Positions 28,282 through 41,543 of a stretch of DNA of 64,000 nt are shown piece by piece (positions within the stretch are counted from its first letter, which is position 1; every line of letters starts with the position of its first letter). The stretch spans positions 66,009,323-66,073,322 of the forward strand of contig NC_068984.1 of the NCBI RefSeq assembly GCF_001194135.2, written 5' to 3'. The translations under genes were made by a program, and so were the position numbers. The notes under the pieces are model-generated. The model was not told the origin of the DNA. It made no database searches and worked only from the letters and a program-made list of their open reading frames with translations. This stretch comes from Octopus bimaculoides (Eukaryota).

Positions 28282-28495
28282 CATTTCTACTAAAGGCACA
28301 AGGCCTGAAATGTTTGGGGAAGGGATTAGTTGATTACATCAACCCCAGTGCATAAGTGATTCTTATTTCAATGAACCCCAAAGGATAAAAGGCAAAGTCG
28401 ACTTTGGCAGAATTTGATTTCAGAATGTAGCAATGGGTGAAATACCACTAAGCATTTTGCCTGACGTGCTAATGATTCTGCCAGCTTGCTACCTT
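28282..28495 (-). mobile_element. tRNA-derived SINE, ~210-bp family (MetaSINE-like central domain, inferred)
   Basis: Minus-strand head TGGCAGAATCATTAG with a B-box remnant and a central CTTTGCCTTTTATCCTTTGGGG motif. Homologous copies at 29.9-30.6, 46.5 and 57.1 kb. Confidence 0.85.
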
Positions 28496-28498
28496 AAA

Positions 28499-28609
<111 letters not shown>

Positions 28610-28610
28610 T

Positions 28611-29004
28611 TAAAAAAAAAAAAAATGCTTTCTAATTGATGTATCAATACCAGCAGATGACAACGTTTCTCGAAAAGAAATGGAAAAACTTTCAAAATAC
28701 AAAGACCTGGAAATAGAGATAACTCGAATGTGGAGTCTAAAAACAGAAACAATTCCTATCATAGTAGGTGCCTTAGGTATAATTAAAAAATACTCAGACA
28801 AATACATAACAAAAATACCAGGACTTACAAATATATGTAACATACAGAAAATTGCACTACTGGGTACTGCACACATTCTACGCAAAACACTTTCAATACA
28901 GTAAACATAAAAGCACCACAGCAAACCACAGCACATACCCAAGGCGCACAGAGCTGCGCTCGGTAGTGAAGTGAAAGCACGTTATAAAAATAAAACTACT
29001 GAAC
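28611..29004 (+). mobile_element. R4/Dong-like non-LTR retrotransposon 3' fragment (endonuclease C-terminus plus 3' UTR), frame intact
   Basis: In-frame from 28626: CFLIDVSIPADDNVSRKEMEKLSKYKDLEIEITRMW...IPIIVGALG...QKIALLGTAHILRKTL, stop at 28902-28904, then UTR and an (AAT)n tail. Confidence 0.9.
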
Positions 29005-29107
29005 AATAATAATAATAATAATAATAATAATTATAGTAATAATAATAGTAATAATAGTAATAATAATAATAATTATAGTAATAATAATAGTAATAATAAT
29101 AATAATA
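29005..29107. repeat. Imperfect (AAT)n/(AGT)n tract
   Basis: Direct reading. Confidence 0.92.
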
Positions 29108-29881
29108 GGGAATTACCAGGCCAGCATATTAAAGAGCAGCAGTAGCCCAACTTGTCATGTATGACAACAACAAAATGAAACCATTGATCATGTTTTCTCC
29201 ATGTGCCGTCTTCAAGTACCTACTGAGTATCTCAACAGGCATGGTAGAGTAGCACAATATATTCACTGGGTAATTTGCAAAAGCCTGGATCTGCCCCATG
29301 ATAAAGCACCTTCAGTGCTTAAAAATGATCACATTGCACTCCTCTGGAACTTCACCATTCAAACTGACAGAAAGATAGATGCGAATAGGCTAGACATAAT
29401 ACTGAAAGACTTCAGACAAAAATAATCATGCTTCCTCATTGATATGACTATCCCAATCAACATAAATGTATCTGTCAAGACCTACCAAAAACTCAGCAAG
29501 TATAAAGATCTTGAAATAGAAATTGGCAAAATGTGGAACCTCAAGACTAAAACAATACCTGTTGTCATAGGTGACTTAGGACTGATAGCAAAAGGGGCTG
29601 ATCCCTACCTTGCTCATATACCTGGAAACCCTAAAATGGCAGAAATTCAAAAGATAGTTCTCATAAGAACTGCCCATATCCTATGTAATATATTGTCTAT
29701 GCAATCTCCAAACTCATTTTCTTATGTTTTCTTAAACACTCTCTAGAACAACATTATGTACAAAACCAAATATATGACACTCTTGGCATAACACCAACAT
29801 GAACTTTTAACTTATTGTCTCTAGAGGTCTCTCGGTGAGACTTGGAGTCAAGCTTGTACAAATACAAACCAAAAGTCAAAC

Positions 29882-29883
<2 letters not shown>
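29108..29883 (+). mobile_element. R4/Dong-like fragment (CCHC knuckle, endonuclease, 3' UTR), second subfamily
   Basis: CHV*QQQNETIDHVFSMC knuckle; YLNRHGRVAQYIHWVIC; LLWNFTIQTDRKIDANRLDII; IDMTIP; KLSKYKDLEIEI. Followed by (AAT)n 29884-29936. Confidence 0.9.
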
Positions 29884-29936
<53 letters not shown>

Positions 29937-29939
29937 CCT

Positions 29940-30625
29940 TACTACTACAATACAAGGCCAGCAATTCTGAGGGCAGAAGTAAGTCAATTACATCGAACCC
30001 CAGTACTCAACAGGTACTTATCTTATAGACCCCAAAAGAATGAAAGAGAAAATCGACTTCGGCAGAATTTGAACTTAAAATATAAAACTGGAAGAAATGC
30101 AACAAGGTGTCTTGTCCAGCAACTAATTATTCTCTCAGTTTGCCACCTCAATATTCATTACAAATTTTGATACAAGGCCAGTAATTTCAGGGGAAGGAAA
30201 AGGATAAAAGGCAAAGTTGACCTTGGTAGGGTTTGAACACACAACATAAAGACAGATGAAATATCACTAAGCATTTACCTGGCTTGCTAATGATCTGCCT
30301 TATCACAACCTTAATACTAATAATAATCCTTTATACTGGAAGAACAAGACCTCAAATTTGGGAGAAGGGATTAAGTCAATTACATCGACCCCAGTGCATA
30401 ACTGGTACCTATTTAATCAACCCCAAGGGGATGAAAGTCAAGGTCGACCCCGATAGGATGACAGGCAAAGTTGACCCCAAAAGGACGAAAGACAAAGACA
30501 ACCCCAAAAGGATAAAAGGTAAAGTCAACCCCGGCAGAATTTGAACTCAGAACGTAGCGACAGATGAAATATTGTTCAGTGTTTCACCTGGCATGCTAAC
30601 GATTCTGCCAGCTCACCACCTTCTT
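29940..30625 (-). mobile_element. Three tandem copies of the ~210-bp SINE (one internally deleted, one with a 4x27-bp expansion)
   Basis: Repeated ACAAGGCC/ACAAGACC...AGAATTTGAAC(T) motifs at ~29950-30150, ~30165-30315 and ~30330-30625. B box GAGTTCAAATTC on the minus strand. Confidence 0.85.
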
Positions 30626-30654
30626 AATATTAATAATAATAATAATAGCAACGA

Positions 30655-32520
30655 CAACCCTATTTCCAGAAGAGCAGCAGAAACACTGCAATAATGAAGA
30701 TTACTGACTAACAAAGCATTCCTGAAGACAGTAGAACAAGCCAAAAGGGTCTGAGTATTCACAGACTGACTACCAGAAGGATTTGATAGTGTTTCCCATG
30801 AATAAGTTTACACAAATAATAAGCAGATAGATATTTAATTTATTGTAAATAAATAGCAAACAAATTTGCAGACAGAAGAAGGAATTCTAAAAAACCAACA
30901 CCATTTCTCATTTCAATGAGATTTCCTCTTTCTATTACTTTTCTGCTTGGTGCTAACAACCAGATCAGATACGAAACAATAGTACAGGAGGCCAATCAAT
31001 CAACTTTAGAATAGAACTCTCTAAAAATGTACTCTGCAGATGATAAGCAATTAGAAACACTACTATGGACATTATAAATATTTACTAGAGTAACTGACAT
31101 AAGGAAAATGCACCAAAGCAACATTGGGGAACAGAAAATTAATTAAAATCACTAATATTGTGATAGATAAACACAGAGATACAGAATTAGATAACAGACG
31201 TACAAAAACTTAAGAATAAATGAAGTAGAAAGTTTACAAAACACACAAATGAAAGAAGTACATACTTAAACATATATAAATGCCAGAGAATTAAAGAAAT
31301 AAGCTTCAACACGCCAGCTTTCCCAGAATGCTAAACAAAGGAAAATAGTAATTGCAATCATAATATACCACCAAGAATCTTACACAGAAACATAGCTATT
31401 TTATGCAAATAGGAAATTGGTATGAAATATTCACTGGAAACGTTACAAAAAATGTATAGTAAAGTATGATAGAAAACTAAAAGACAAAAACAATACAAAA
31501 ACTGGGTTTTTTTTCAAGGACACCAACGAATATGAAACAAAGGTTAAAATATCAGGCAATTGTAAGAGGAGAAGGGAAACAACAGAAACTGAGAAAAAGC
31601 TAAAAATAGAGCAACAAAATGCCAGAAGAAAGTGATAACAAAAAGAAGAAAAAAACATAATGGTCAAGACCTTAAAAAAAACTGGAAAAAAACTGGAAAC
31701 TGATAAATAAAAACCACTGCCTCTGGTTAGAAATGCAAGGAACATTTGGAGCATTTTTGATTGTGGCACTGGATCAACGATTCTGACCAGAAACAACTAA
31801 AAGTATGTAAAAAAAGTCAAATATATATGTTCTACAGTTACATTAGAATTTTTGACAGATATAGAGGAAAAACCACATGCCTCTGGCTATAACATTTAAG
31901 GCAAGACAAAAGACATCTACAACTACGACAGAGGGAGCATTCACATACAGGAAATCTATCCATAATTATGAAATATTAACAGAAATGGGAGGTATATACA
32001 TAAATCAGAAACAATCACGAAAGTCAAAGTGACCATACTCAAGGGTATGGAATTTTATACTGACAAGGACAATTGACCAGATACTGTTGTCAAGTTCTAG
32101 CAGGAAAGAAGGAACCTACTGTATCAAACTTAAAATAAAATAATTATCTCTCTAAAAGAAATCTCTAAAAGTAATGGGGGAAATTATCAAAATATATAAA
32201 ATCAGGAAACAGTGATAAGTGTGTGGGAACATAAAACAGATACAATCCTTATAATAATAAATAATGAGAAAAATGATTAAGAAAGAAAAGATGTGCATAC
32301 GTGCATAACCAAAACCCCATGATTTGAATATATATATATATATACATATATATATGACATACAGAAAATAGCACAGAAAAAAATTCTGGTAGATATTACG
32401 AAGGGCCCTTTCAATGCAATAGAAAGCTCAAAACAAAACACTGCACATATCTACAGTGCACAAAACTGCACTCAATTGTGTTGTGAAAACATTTAATAAA
32501 AATAAGACTATTGAAAAGTA
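30655..32520 (+). mobile_element. Heavily decayed R4/Dong-like LINE including an RT-domain remnant
   Basis: Broken-frame motifs DYQK.FDSV.HE (~30765-30800), LLLFCL.L, LKMYSADDKQLETLL, LDQ..LTRN and IPII-like residues. Ends in a degenerate AAT/AGT tract. Confidence 0.7.
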
Positions 32521-33440
32521 ATAATCGTAGTAACAACAATAGTAATAATAATATCATCATCAACAGACGATTCTGTGACAAGTATAGATATTCAAGTGAA
32601 TGAAAATGTGACCTACTTTCATTTCAGAACGTTGATGCAGCAGAATATTGATATGCTTGAACCCTTATCAGATAAGATGCATTATTAGCTAGTATAACAC
32701 AAAGAGACAACTTTTAAGTATTTCACTTGCATATTGAGTCATTTAGCTGCAATAATGCCCATTAGACCTGTTGCAATATGCAATTTAATTGAACCATTTC
32801 TCTATCTTATTTATGATTTCTATAGAAATCTCATCAACATTAACTTCCTATGAGTACCCTCCCTTTTAAATCTCATATATATATAAAATTGCTTCTAAAA
32901 TCAAATAGAAAACTTTTTTTTCAAAAAATTTCTACTGATAAAATATGCAAGCAGAAAAAGCATTGAAACAGTATTTCCTAAAATAGCACCAATATTACCA
33001 AATCATACAAACATTATCTATTTGATATTCTACTGAAAAAAAGAAGATACTACAATAAAGAAACGATGAATATGACACATTTTTAGGATGCAGTACTATC
33101 TTTCGCAAAAGAGAATTATGAATAAAAAACAAACTTATAAAAAGTTCAGAAACATTTAAGCTTTCCCTAAGAGATGATGTTTTATTGAAACTAATTTTAT
33201 TTATTTAGTTATTATTATCAATATTATTATTATTATTATTATTATCATCATCATCGTCCTCATCATAGTAGTCTTTACATTTTGAAAACAAAACCATAAA
33301 TTTACAATGGATTACACTGAAACACAAAATTTATAAGTATAGTAAGACACACAACCTGTAAACAAAGAATAGATTTAACTTTCTCTTTCTGTCCTGACAT
33401 ATGTATATGGGTGTGTGTATGTGTGTGCATAATATAAATT

Positions 33441-33471
<31 letters not shown>

Positions 33472-34003
33472 CCTCACAGACACACACATATATATCTGTG
33501 TTGGTATGTGTGTGTGTGTGCACATATATGTAAGTCTGCTTTAAATCATTTTCTTTAAACCATCACAGAAATAATGTAGCTCCTATGAATATAGAATATT
33601 TTATGGTAAAACGTATCTTCATGCTAGTTTTGTGTTGTTTATATCTAGCTTTTCTTTTCCACAGTCTTCTCTTTTTAACTTAAAACGAAAGAAAAAAGTG
33701 AATAATTTTAAAATTTCTGTCATTCAATGTATGTAAGATGTCATTACAACTGAAGTGAGAGCACCCATGTAAGTTTGAAATATTTGTATATTTTGTGTAT
33801 CTTGTTTTTTAAAATAAAATGATAGCAAACAATACACTGCCTTACTTGTCTATTTTTATATAAAACTAAATAACTGCACATAAAAGTAGTAAAATAATGG
33901 AGTATTCTAAGATAATTTAAGAGCTAAGTCAGCTGAAGTCATTGTGATATATTTGCTCTCAAATGCATTTTTACATTCTCACATGAAGTTTAGATTCCAC
34001 CAT

Positions 34004-34190
34004 AGACAGTCAATTGGCAGAGCTGTTAGTGCATGAAATAGAATGGTATTTGTTTCAATACTCTGTGCTCTAAGTTCAAATTCAACTAAAATCAACTTTG
34101 CCTTCAATAACTTCAGGTTTCATAAATAAAATACCACTCCAATACTAGTATTCTATACATCAAATATCAATCAGTCTTCCATTCCTCCAG
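34004..34190 (+). mobile_element. Old degenerate copy of the ~210-bp SINE
   Basis: TTGGCAGAGCTGTTAG...AAGTTCAAATTC...CAACTTTGCCTTC match the family head and central domain. Confidence 0.55.
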
Positions 34191-37004
34191 CAGTCACAAC
34201 CAGATGTTCTTCTTCATCCTTGGAGTGAGAGTAAAATGAGTGTATGTGTCTGCTAGTAAATACATGGGTACCTTAAACCATTAGTAGAAATGATACATGT
34301 TGATACAAAAATCATCTTCAATAGCAAATGACAGCCATAGTTATATAAATTTTATAGATATGTATCTATGTGTGTATATATATTCTGCATATATATATAT
34401 ATATATATANNNNNNNNNNNNNNNNNNNNNNNNNNNNNNNNNNNNNNNNNNNNNNNNNNNNNNNNNNNNNNNNNNNNNNNNNNNNNNNNNNNNNNNNNNN
34501 NNNNNNNNNNNNNNNNNNNNNNNNNNNNNNNNNNNNNNNNNNNNNNNNNNNNNNNNNNNNNNNNNNNNNNNNNNNNNNNNNNNNNNNNNNNNNNNNNNNN
34601 NNNNNNNNNNNNNNNNNNNNNNNNNNNNNNNNNNNNNNNNTATATATATATATGTATGTATGTATGTATTGGAAATATATATATCAGGAAATTTAAAATC
34701 ATAAATTTTAGTCAGTATATGCACATGTATGTGGGTGTTTATTGCATACATCCAATATTTGTATTGCACACACACACAAACGTGTGTGTGTATGTGTGTG
34801 AGGAGAAAGAGGGGGAGGAATGAGAAAGTTGTGTGTGTGTGTGTGTCTGTGCAATTCCCAGACTGATACAAATGGATACACCAAGCACCTCTTTTATTTA
34901 TTATAACGAGGTGAATATAGAAATGGAAATTTATATAGAATGTTTGAATACATTTTTTTTTGTTTTAATTATTTCATATTTGAGCAACAAGAATTATCTT
35001 TCCTTCTATCTATAATTTTATGGGTAGAAATGCTGTGTAGAATGAAAGGAGCAATAAAATCTTCACTTAAGTAAAGGCCCATATTTTTGTTTAAATGGCT
35101 GATATAAAATTGTCTTATGGGTTTAATAATAAATAATTTTATTGCTGTTTTCCATTAATGCAAAGGAATCCTTTCATTTGAAATTAGCTCCATTCATTAA
35201 AATATGGCTATATAACATTTAATTTTGGTAAATAGAATTAACATATATTGATACTAATTTCTAAAAGACAAATCAAATTGCATATCAACATGAGTAGCAT
35301 GTATTTGCAACTACTTTTCTAAGTACATGGAATTGATGTGTTTATATATTTATGTTCTATGATTCCTCATATAGATAAATGTACAACTAAAGTATTAAAC
35401 ACACATATAGACACAGATACATATACACAAACATATTTCAGCTAACAGAAAAGAAACATCTTCAGATATCCTGTGTAATCATAATTTATAATTTAATGAA
35501 GTTAAAAGTTAGCTGTTTTCCTTTCAGAAGGAAAAAAAATGTAGTTTTATGAAGATAATTTATGTTGATAAACAATAGATATATAATCCACAGCCAACAG
35601 AATCACCAGTGTATCTAACTCATTCAGGAGAGAAACATATACAGATATAAAATGTGTTTTCGTAGACATGTGAGCAAACATTATTCTACATTTAAAATAG
35701 TTTATGAAATAGTAAAAATTATTTATTTAAATTAAGAGGAAAAAGAATGGTTAATTAATTAGTACCACACACAAATTTATTTCATATATAATGTATATAT
35801 ATTACCATTAATTAGAAACAATTTCAAAGAATTAATGACAACATTCCCAGTAAACAAACAGCCAAACAGCTTTTTGCCTCTTACAACACATATTTCAAAT
35901 TGAATTTTATTTTTTGATCAAAACCAGAATGAAACAATCTACAATGATACCACAAAAAGCTTTCCACCTCTTAGAAAGAAATTCAATGACCATCTAAATA
36001 TACCAAAGCTTGAATTTATTTTATATTAATTTCAAATAGTGAGGAGGTAAATGGAAATTCATACTACCTAACTTTGAAAGTTGTATCCCTGCTAAATAAT
36101 ATGTGTAATTAGATTTGTATTCTATTTATCTAAATAAATCTATATATATATAAGATGTGCAAAACTAAATAAGATAGTCAATAATCCAAGTTTACTTAAG
36201 CATGCCAACACTCATTCTTTGTCAAATCAATAATTGAACTTTTATCATGTGTTACTCACAGAGTACATTTGTGACTGAGAAGTCAATAAATTCATGCATT
36301 ATCTAATGATTTATACTTTTATCTCAAGTCTTTTACACTGTCGGGTTAGCTTATCAAGAAAATGTTGTATACCAAACTTGCTTAAACAAAATAACTTAAA
36401 AAAGCTAATACAAAAGACAAACTCAATTCTGATGAGAAAAATTCTCCTATAAAAAAAAAAGTAAATAACATGACAATCAAAAAATACAAAGACAAAAATA
36501 CAAATTGTAAATGTAAAGAGATGGCAAATATTTCCACAAAACTATTTTGCTATCTCTGAAATGTCAATAAAACAAAGGTAAACACTTACAACAGTATAGA
36601 TAAGGTCTCACAATTCTATCTACAGTTCAAAAAATAGCTTATTGTAAAATCTTTGCATTCCATCAATCTCATATTGTTTAGTTTATGATGAATGAATATC
36701 ATTTAATACTGTATGTCTGGTAATCATAAGGAAAAACATGATGCAATCAATAGCTATTTATATACATGTTCTCTTCATCAACAAATTCAGTCATAGTTTA
36801 AATGAAATAAAAAGTCTTTCAAACTTTTTTACTCATGAAATCAAATTTAAAAGGCAAAAATGGTTCTCAAAATTTTAAATCAACTCTTTTTCTTTGTAAA
36901 TGTCTTTACAAAATATTGTAGCATATAAATGTATAGGCTAACTTCAGTTTTTAACATGTATAAACGTAAATCCGTATGCATAGACATAAATAATATTACA
37001 TATT

Positions 37005-38030
37005 GTAGTTGGAGAGCAAGATGAGGAAGTTAATGACATTGTACAGAACTTTACATTCTAAAGCAACTGTAATTAGATTGTACATTAAGAGAAAGAATGA
37101 TGATAGAATTCTCTTCAGTCTGGATTCTTGTATAAGGAGTGGAAGGAGAATGCAGTAACAAAAACAATAACAAATAAACAATAATAAACAGTAAACAAAA
37201 TAATAATAAACGGTAACAAAAAGCTGTCACCGTATGCAGCAGAAGATATGGGTATAAATGCAGATGAAATGTTTGTTAAGGAAGAGTTTAACCAAAGAAT
37301 TAAAGATAAGAGAAATGAAGATCTCCTGGAAATGAGAATGCATGGTTAATTTGAAGGAAATACACGGAATATCAAGAATACAACAATATTATGGACATGG
37401 CTTAAGCAAGGCAATTTGAAGCATACCATTGAAAGCCTTAGAGTGGTAGCACAAGACCAAGTTTTTGCTATTAATTCGGTGAAGTTTAACATCTACAAAA
37501 ATTTTGACACCCCAAATTGCAGACTCTGTGAAAATAATGTGGAAAGTGTAACCCACTTGGTAAGTGGATGTGAGGGCCTTGTGCAAAATGAATACAAATG
37601 CCACCATGATAAAGTCTCTTTGTGCCTTCATTGGCTTTTATGCTGTGAATAGCAATATGAAGTACCAGAGAAGTGGTATGAGCATGTGCCTAATACAGTA
37701 ATCCAAGCAGATGGGAAACAAACAATATTCTGGAATTATGATTTTCAGACTCACAATTAAGCACTGCCAGCCAGATATTGTCATATTGTCAAATTGAAAG
37801 TGGAAATGGCAAAACTGAATGTGAGAGGGTAATGTAAAAATGATACCAGTTATGATCAGGGCATTAGGGTCAGTCCCATTGAAACATCAAGGCTTCTTAA
37901 AGTAGATGGGAATACCATACAAGATTGGCACTGCACACATTTTAAGGAAAGTATTCATGGTTTCATGTCCTTGTTGTGACTTGACAGATAACTAAATACT
38001 CCAGTGCATTTTCCATCCACACTGCATAAC
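37005..38030 (+). mobile_element. R4/Dong-like fragment (post-RT region to 3' end) with (AGT)n tail
   Basis: LESKMRKLMTLYRTLHSKATVIRLYIKRK; WTWLKQGNLK..ES...AQDQ; CRLCENNVESVTHLVSGC (CCHC); WYEHVP; QPDIV; IGTAHILRKV. Tail (AGT)n at ~38034-38055. Confidence 0.88.
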
Positions 38031-38055
38031 AAAGTAGTAGTAGTAGTAGTAGTAA

Positions 38056-39303
38056 GATTGCAAAGATAAAGGACTGTACAAGCACTTGAAAACGAATGAA
38101 ACTGAAAATAGGTGGGTAAAGAAAAGAATGCACAGACAATTTCATAGGGATGTTGAATATAACACGAACAGAGAAAAAAGATGGCTGTGGATGACTAAAA
38201 GTCACTTAAAACCAGAAGCGGAGCTCTAATCAGTGCTGCCCAAGAGAAAGCACTTGGAACAAACTACATAAAATACAGAATAGACAACACATCAGAAAGT
38301 GATAAGTGCAGAATTTGAGGACAAAATGGTAAAACCGTATGGCATATTACCAGTCAATGTGCACCACTAGCCCAGAAGGAATATAAGAGACACCACAACA
38401 ATATAGCAAAGCTTGTCCATTGGACACTTTGCAACAAGTATGGACTTGACAGAGCAAAAAATTGGTATGACCACAAACCTGAAGGCATTGTAGTAACGCT
38501 GTGAGCATGCGTAGTCTCACGCATGCATGGAATTCAACATCCAAGCTTTCCCGCTTTATTCTGTCTCTTTCTCGACTGGCCAGCAATTGAGCAAGGACGT
38601 GTCTAGCTGTCTCTCTCCATCTTTCGAACTCACACTAGACAGCTCACATCAACATACCAACGTCCCAACAACCATGTTCTCACACACAGAAGGCGCCTCA
38701 ACAAACAAGATTAAAGCTGTATATTTTCCACCATGAATAAATATTGTTGAGTTGATAGTTTGGAGTTCTGCATACCGTTAATTCTAATTTAATATAGCAA
38801 AGTAGGTGTACATCTAATGATGTATAACCCACTTTCCTATAGCATCATCAAAACTGATAATGCAAAGATCCTGTGAGATTTTATGATTCAGTGCAGCCAT
38901 GAGATAGAGAATAGGAAGCCAGACATAGTCTTAATTGAGAAAGAAAGTAAACTATGCTGGATCATAGATATAGCATGCCCAGCTGACAACAAGGTATGCG
39001 ATAAGAAAGAAAGAAAAGTTGATAGATATGATAGGTTAGCTTGGGAGATTAAGCAGTTGTGGTCAATGAAAAAGTGGTAGTGGTATCAATAATTGCCAGA
39101 GCCCCGAGAACAGTGAGTAAAAATCTCGAGAAGTACATGGAACAAATAGGGGCTGCAATAAGAGTGGAGCATTTGCAGAAAACTACTTGTAACTGCTTGA
39201 ATACTTTGGAAGGTGCTCGAAAAATAAGAGGTGTTACCTTAGTTCATTGGTAGTGAACAGCTGACACCATAGTACATCTCCAGCGTTAGAAGCTGTGCAA
39301 AGG
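38056..39303 (+). mobile_element. R4/Dong-like fragment interrupted by a solo LTR; (AAT)n tail
   Basis: KRMHRQFHRD..WLWMTKSHLKPE..AAQEKAL.TNY..CRI*GQNGKTVWHITSQC..WYDHKPEGI|IKTDNAKIL*DF..RKPDIV..IIDIACPAD..RYDRL. The frame is restored when 38489-38845 is removed. Confidence 0.92.
38489..38841 (+). mobile_element. Solo LTR (353 bp), Gypsy-like 4-bp TSD
   Basis: Begins TGTAG and ends CTATA (one change from CTACA). GCAT is duplicated at 38485-38488 and 38842-38845. AATAAA at 38736-38741. Confidence 0.85.
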
Positions 39304-39719
39304 CAATAATAATAATGATAATAATTTCATCAGATTAGCCATAAAGGCTTTACAGAGGTAGAAGCAGTTGCAGGCTGGACAAAACGCAAATGAGATGAAT
39401 GGTAAGTAAAATAAATGATATTGATGAGGGAAGGCAGATGACGCCCGCCAAATACAAAATTATATTTTCCTATCAATCACTATGCCAATCACTTTCATGC
39501 CAAGAGTTGAGACAATCCTGGCAATCATGAGAAATGACTTGAAATACTATTTCTTTCAGCCTATTCTGATGATTCGCAAGATTATCTCAACTCCTGGTAT
39601 GAAACTGATTAGAAGAATAGGTCATAAAAGAATATAGTATTCTACATTATTAATAATTATATACCTACTCTATTAACCAATATATGAGTGCCTGTGTTTT
39701 CTAACACAGAGACATTTAA

Positions 39720-39940
39720 ACAAATATATATATGTGCATGTATATATATACTTATACATATACAGATATATACATATCCACACACACATATATATACATA
39801 CATATATGTATGCATATATATACATATATACATATATATATACACATATATATATACATGCATATATATACATGTGTGTGTGTGTGCATCTGTGTTTGTG
39901 TGTGTGTATATACACACACACACTTGCACATTCACACACA
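39720..39940. repeat. Compound (AT)/(AC)/(GT) microsatellite
   Basis: Direct reading; source of several YIHI-type pseudo-ORFs. Confidence 0.93.
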
Positions 39941-39941
39941 C

Positions 39942-40050
39942 GTGACCTTCTGATCATGGTCATGGAATCATCATGAATCTGTGGATTTGATTCCTGGACC
40001 AAGCAGTGCATTATGTCCTTGAGCAAGGCTCACCATTTATATTTCACTGG
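39942..40050 (+). mobile_element. Degenerate 5' half of the SINE family at 55938-56275
   Basis: GATTTGATTCCTGGACC...TGTCCTTGAGCAAGG matches the reverse complement of the 56.2-kb copy. Confidence 0.5.
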
Positions 40051-40609
40051 TCAAACTATTTCTAACAGTTGTTCTTTACCAACCAAAGTGAACTGAGATT
40101 TGTTCAGTAGGTTCAACAAACCACAATAAATTTAAACTTATCACCATAGTTACCAAAACCCAGACACATTTGCTCACCCACATATCTCCATTTAAGCTTT
40201 AGCTCATCAAAATTTCAAAAGATCTCTACCTTGAACTTTTTCATTAATACTAATGATTTGACTTTTCAAAGCAGTTATTATTTCAACTATTTAAAAATTA
40301 TTTTCAGTTTCTCTTGTACATAACTATATGCTGAATTAATTATAAGAAATAGATTGCTTTCTACTAGGAGCACTTAGATTTTCATTTGACTGGAGTTTGG
40401 AATAGATATTAGTACTATATAAAGCTATATCTGAAGTTTTCTTTTAGTTACAGTAGCTTAGTATATATACAACTTTAATGAATCATTCACAACAGACTTA
40501 TCATTAAGAATTTATGAGGATTTAGAATAGAGTAGCATTTAATTTCTTCATTTGTACTTTCCTTTAATATAACAATAAATTCTGAAACATGCATGTCTAC
40601 AACACTTAC

Positions 40610-40647
40610 TTCATTCTTTCCTTCCTGGACTTCAGCAATAATATTGT
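40610..40647 (-). other. Candidate 38-nt exon (DNIIAEVQEGKNE)
   Basis: Minus strand TTTATAG acceptor and GAA|GTAAGT donor; open frame; phase-compatible with 43446-43524. Confidence 0.3.
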
Positions 40648-41351
40648 CTATAAATCTTAGCATGCACACAAACATATGCACATACACATACATCCAATGG
40701 ATAATAAATAACTAGACTGATGTGTGCGCATGTGTGTAATCTATTTCCTTAACTAAAGCATTTATCGGTCTGGATGCTAGGTAATCTATTAAAATATATT
40801 TCCTCTTAGATATTAAATGACAGGTCAAAAAGTGCAAAGGGGTGGCAGACAGAAACAAATTTTAAGAAAGCTGTAAAAGCAATCAGACCTACATTTCCTT
40901 TGTTTTAAGAGAGTGATTATTATTATAAAAATTGAGTTATCAATATTTATAGTTGCCTCATAAATATCAAGCTTTGTGTGGTTGTTAGCAATATACACAC
41001 ATCAATTTTATGGACAAAAACTTTAATGAACTAATGCATGCACATGGTCTTTAAAACAAGATATAGAAAAATAGTGAAAACTGCAACCGAATATTTTGTT
41101 GATCCTCCTGAGATACAACAATAGAATATATTTATTTATTCTTAACAGTATACAGAGATTCTATAATGAGGCAAAATTTGTTGGTACCACAGACACCTTC
41201 ATGTGATTTACATATCATACAGAATCATAATAAATAAAATAAAGATAACATTGAGTGGCATGGAACTTGGCCAAAATAAAAAAATAAAGAATAATTCCAA
41301 CTTAGAAACTATGTACCAAATTTATTTAGATTCTCAATCTTTCTAGCGTAA

Positions 41352-41543
41352 TCCTTTAGCATTTAGACCAACCATATACAAACCAAATATTCTACCCACT
41401 TTATGTCACTCTTCTACCCTTCTATGTCACTCTATAAATAAAAATTCACATCATTGAAACTGTGAAGCTACAAGATAGTACATGTTTCAACCATATGCAT
41501 AAATAAGTATCAGATTTAACAGAGTAACCTGAATGCTAAAGGA
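41352..41543. mobile_element. piggyBac-type MITE variant with perfect 12-bp TIRs and GTAA flanks
   Basis: GTAA-TCCTTTAGCATT ... AATGCTAAAGGA-GTAA. Confidence 0.8.

Noticed and set aside
30417-30524. Regular 27-bp repeats resembling a CRISPR array
   Set aside because: No spacers, units lie inside a SINE, and the context is eukaryotic with no cas genes.
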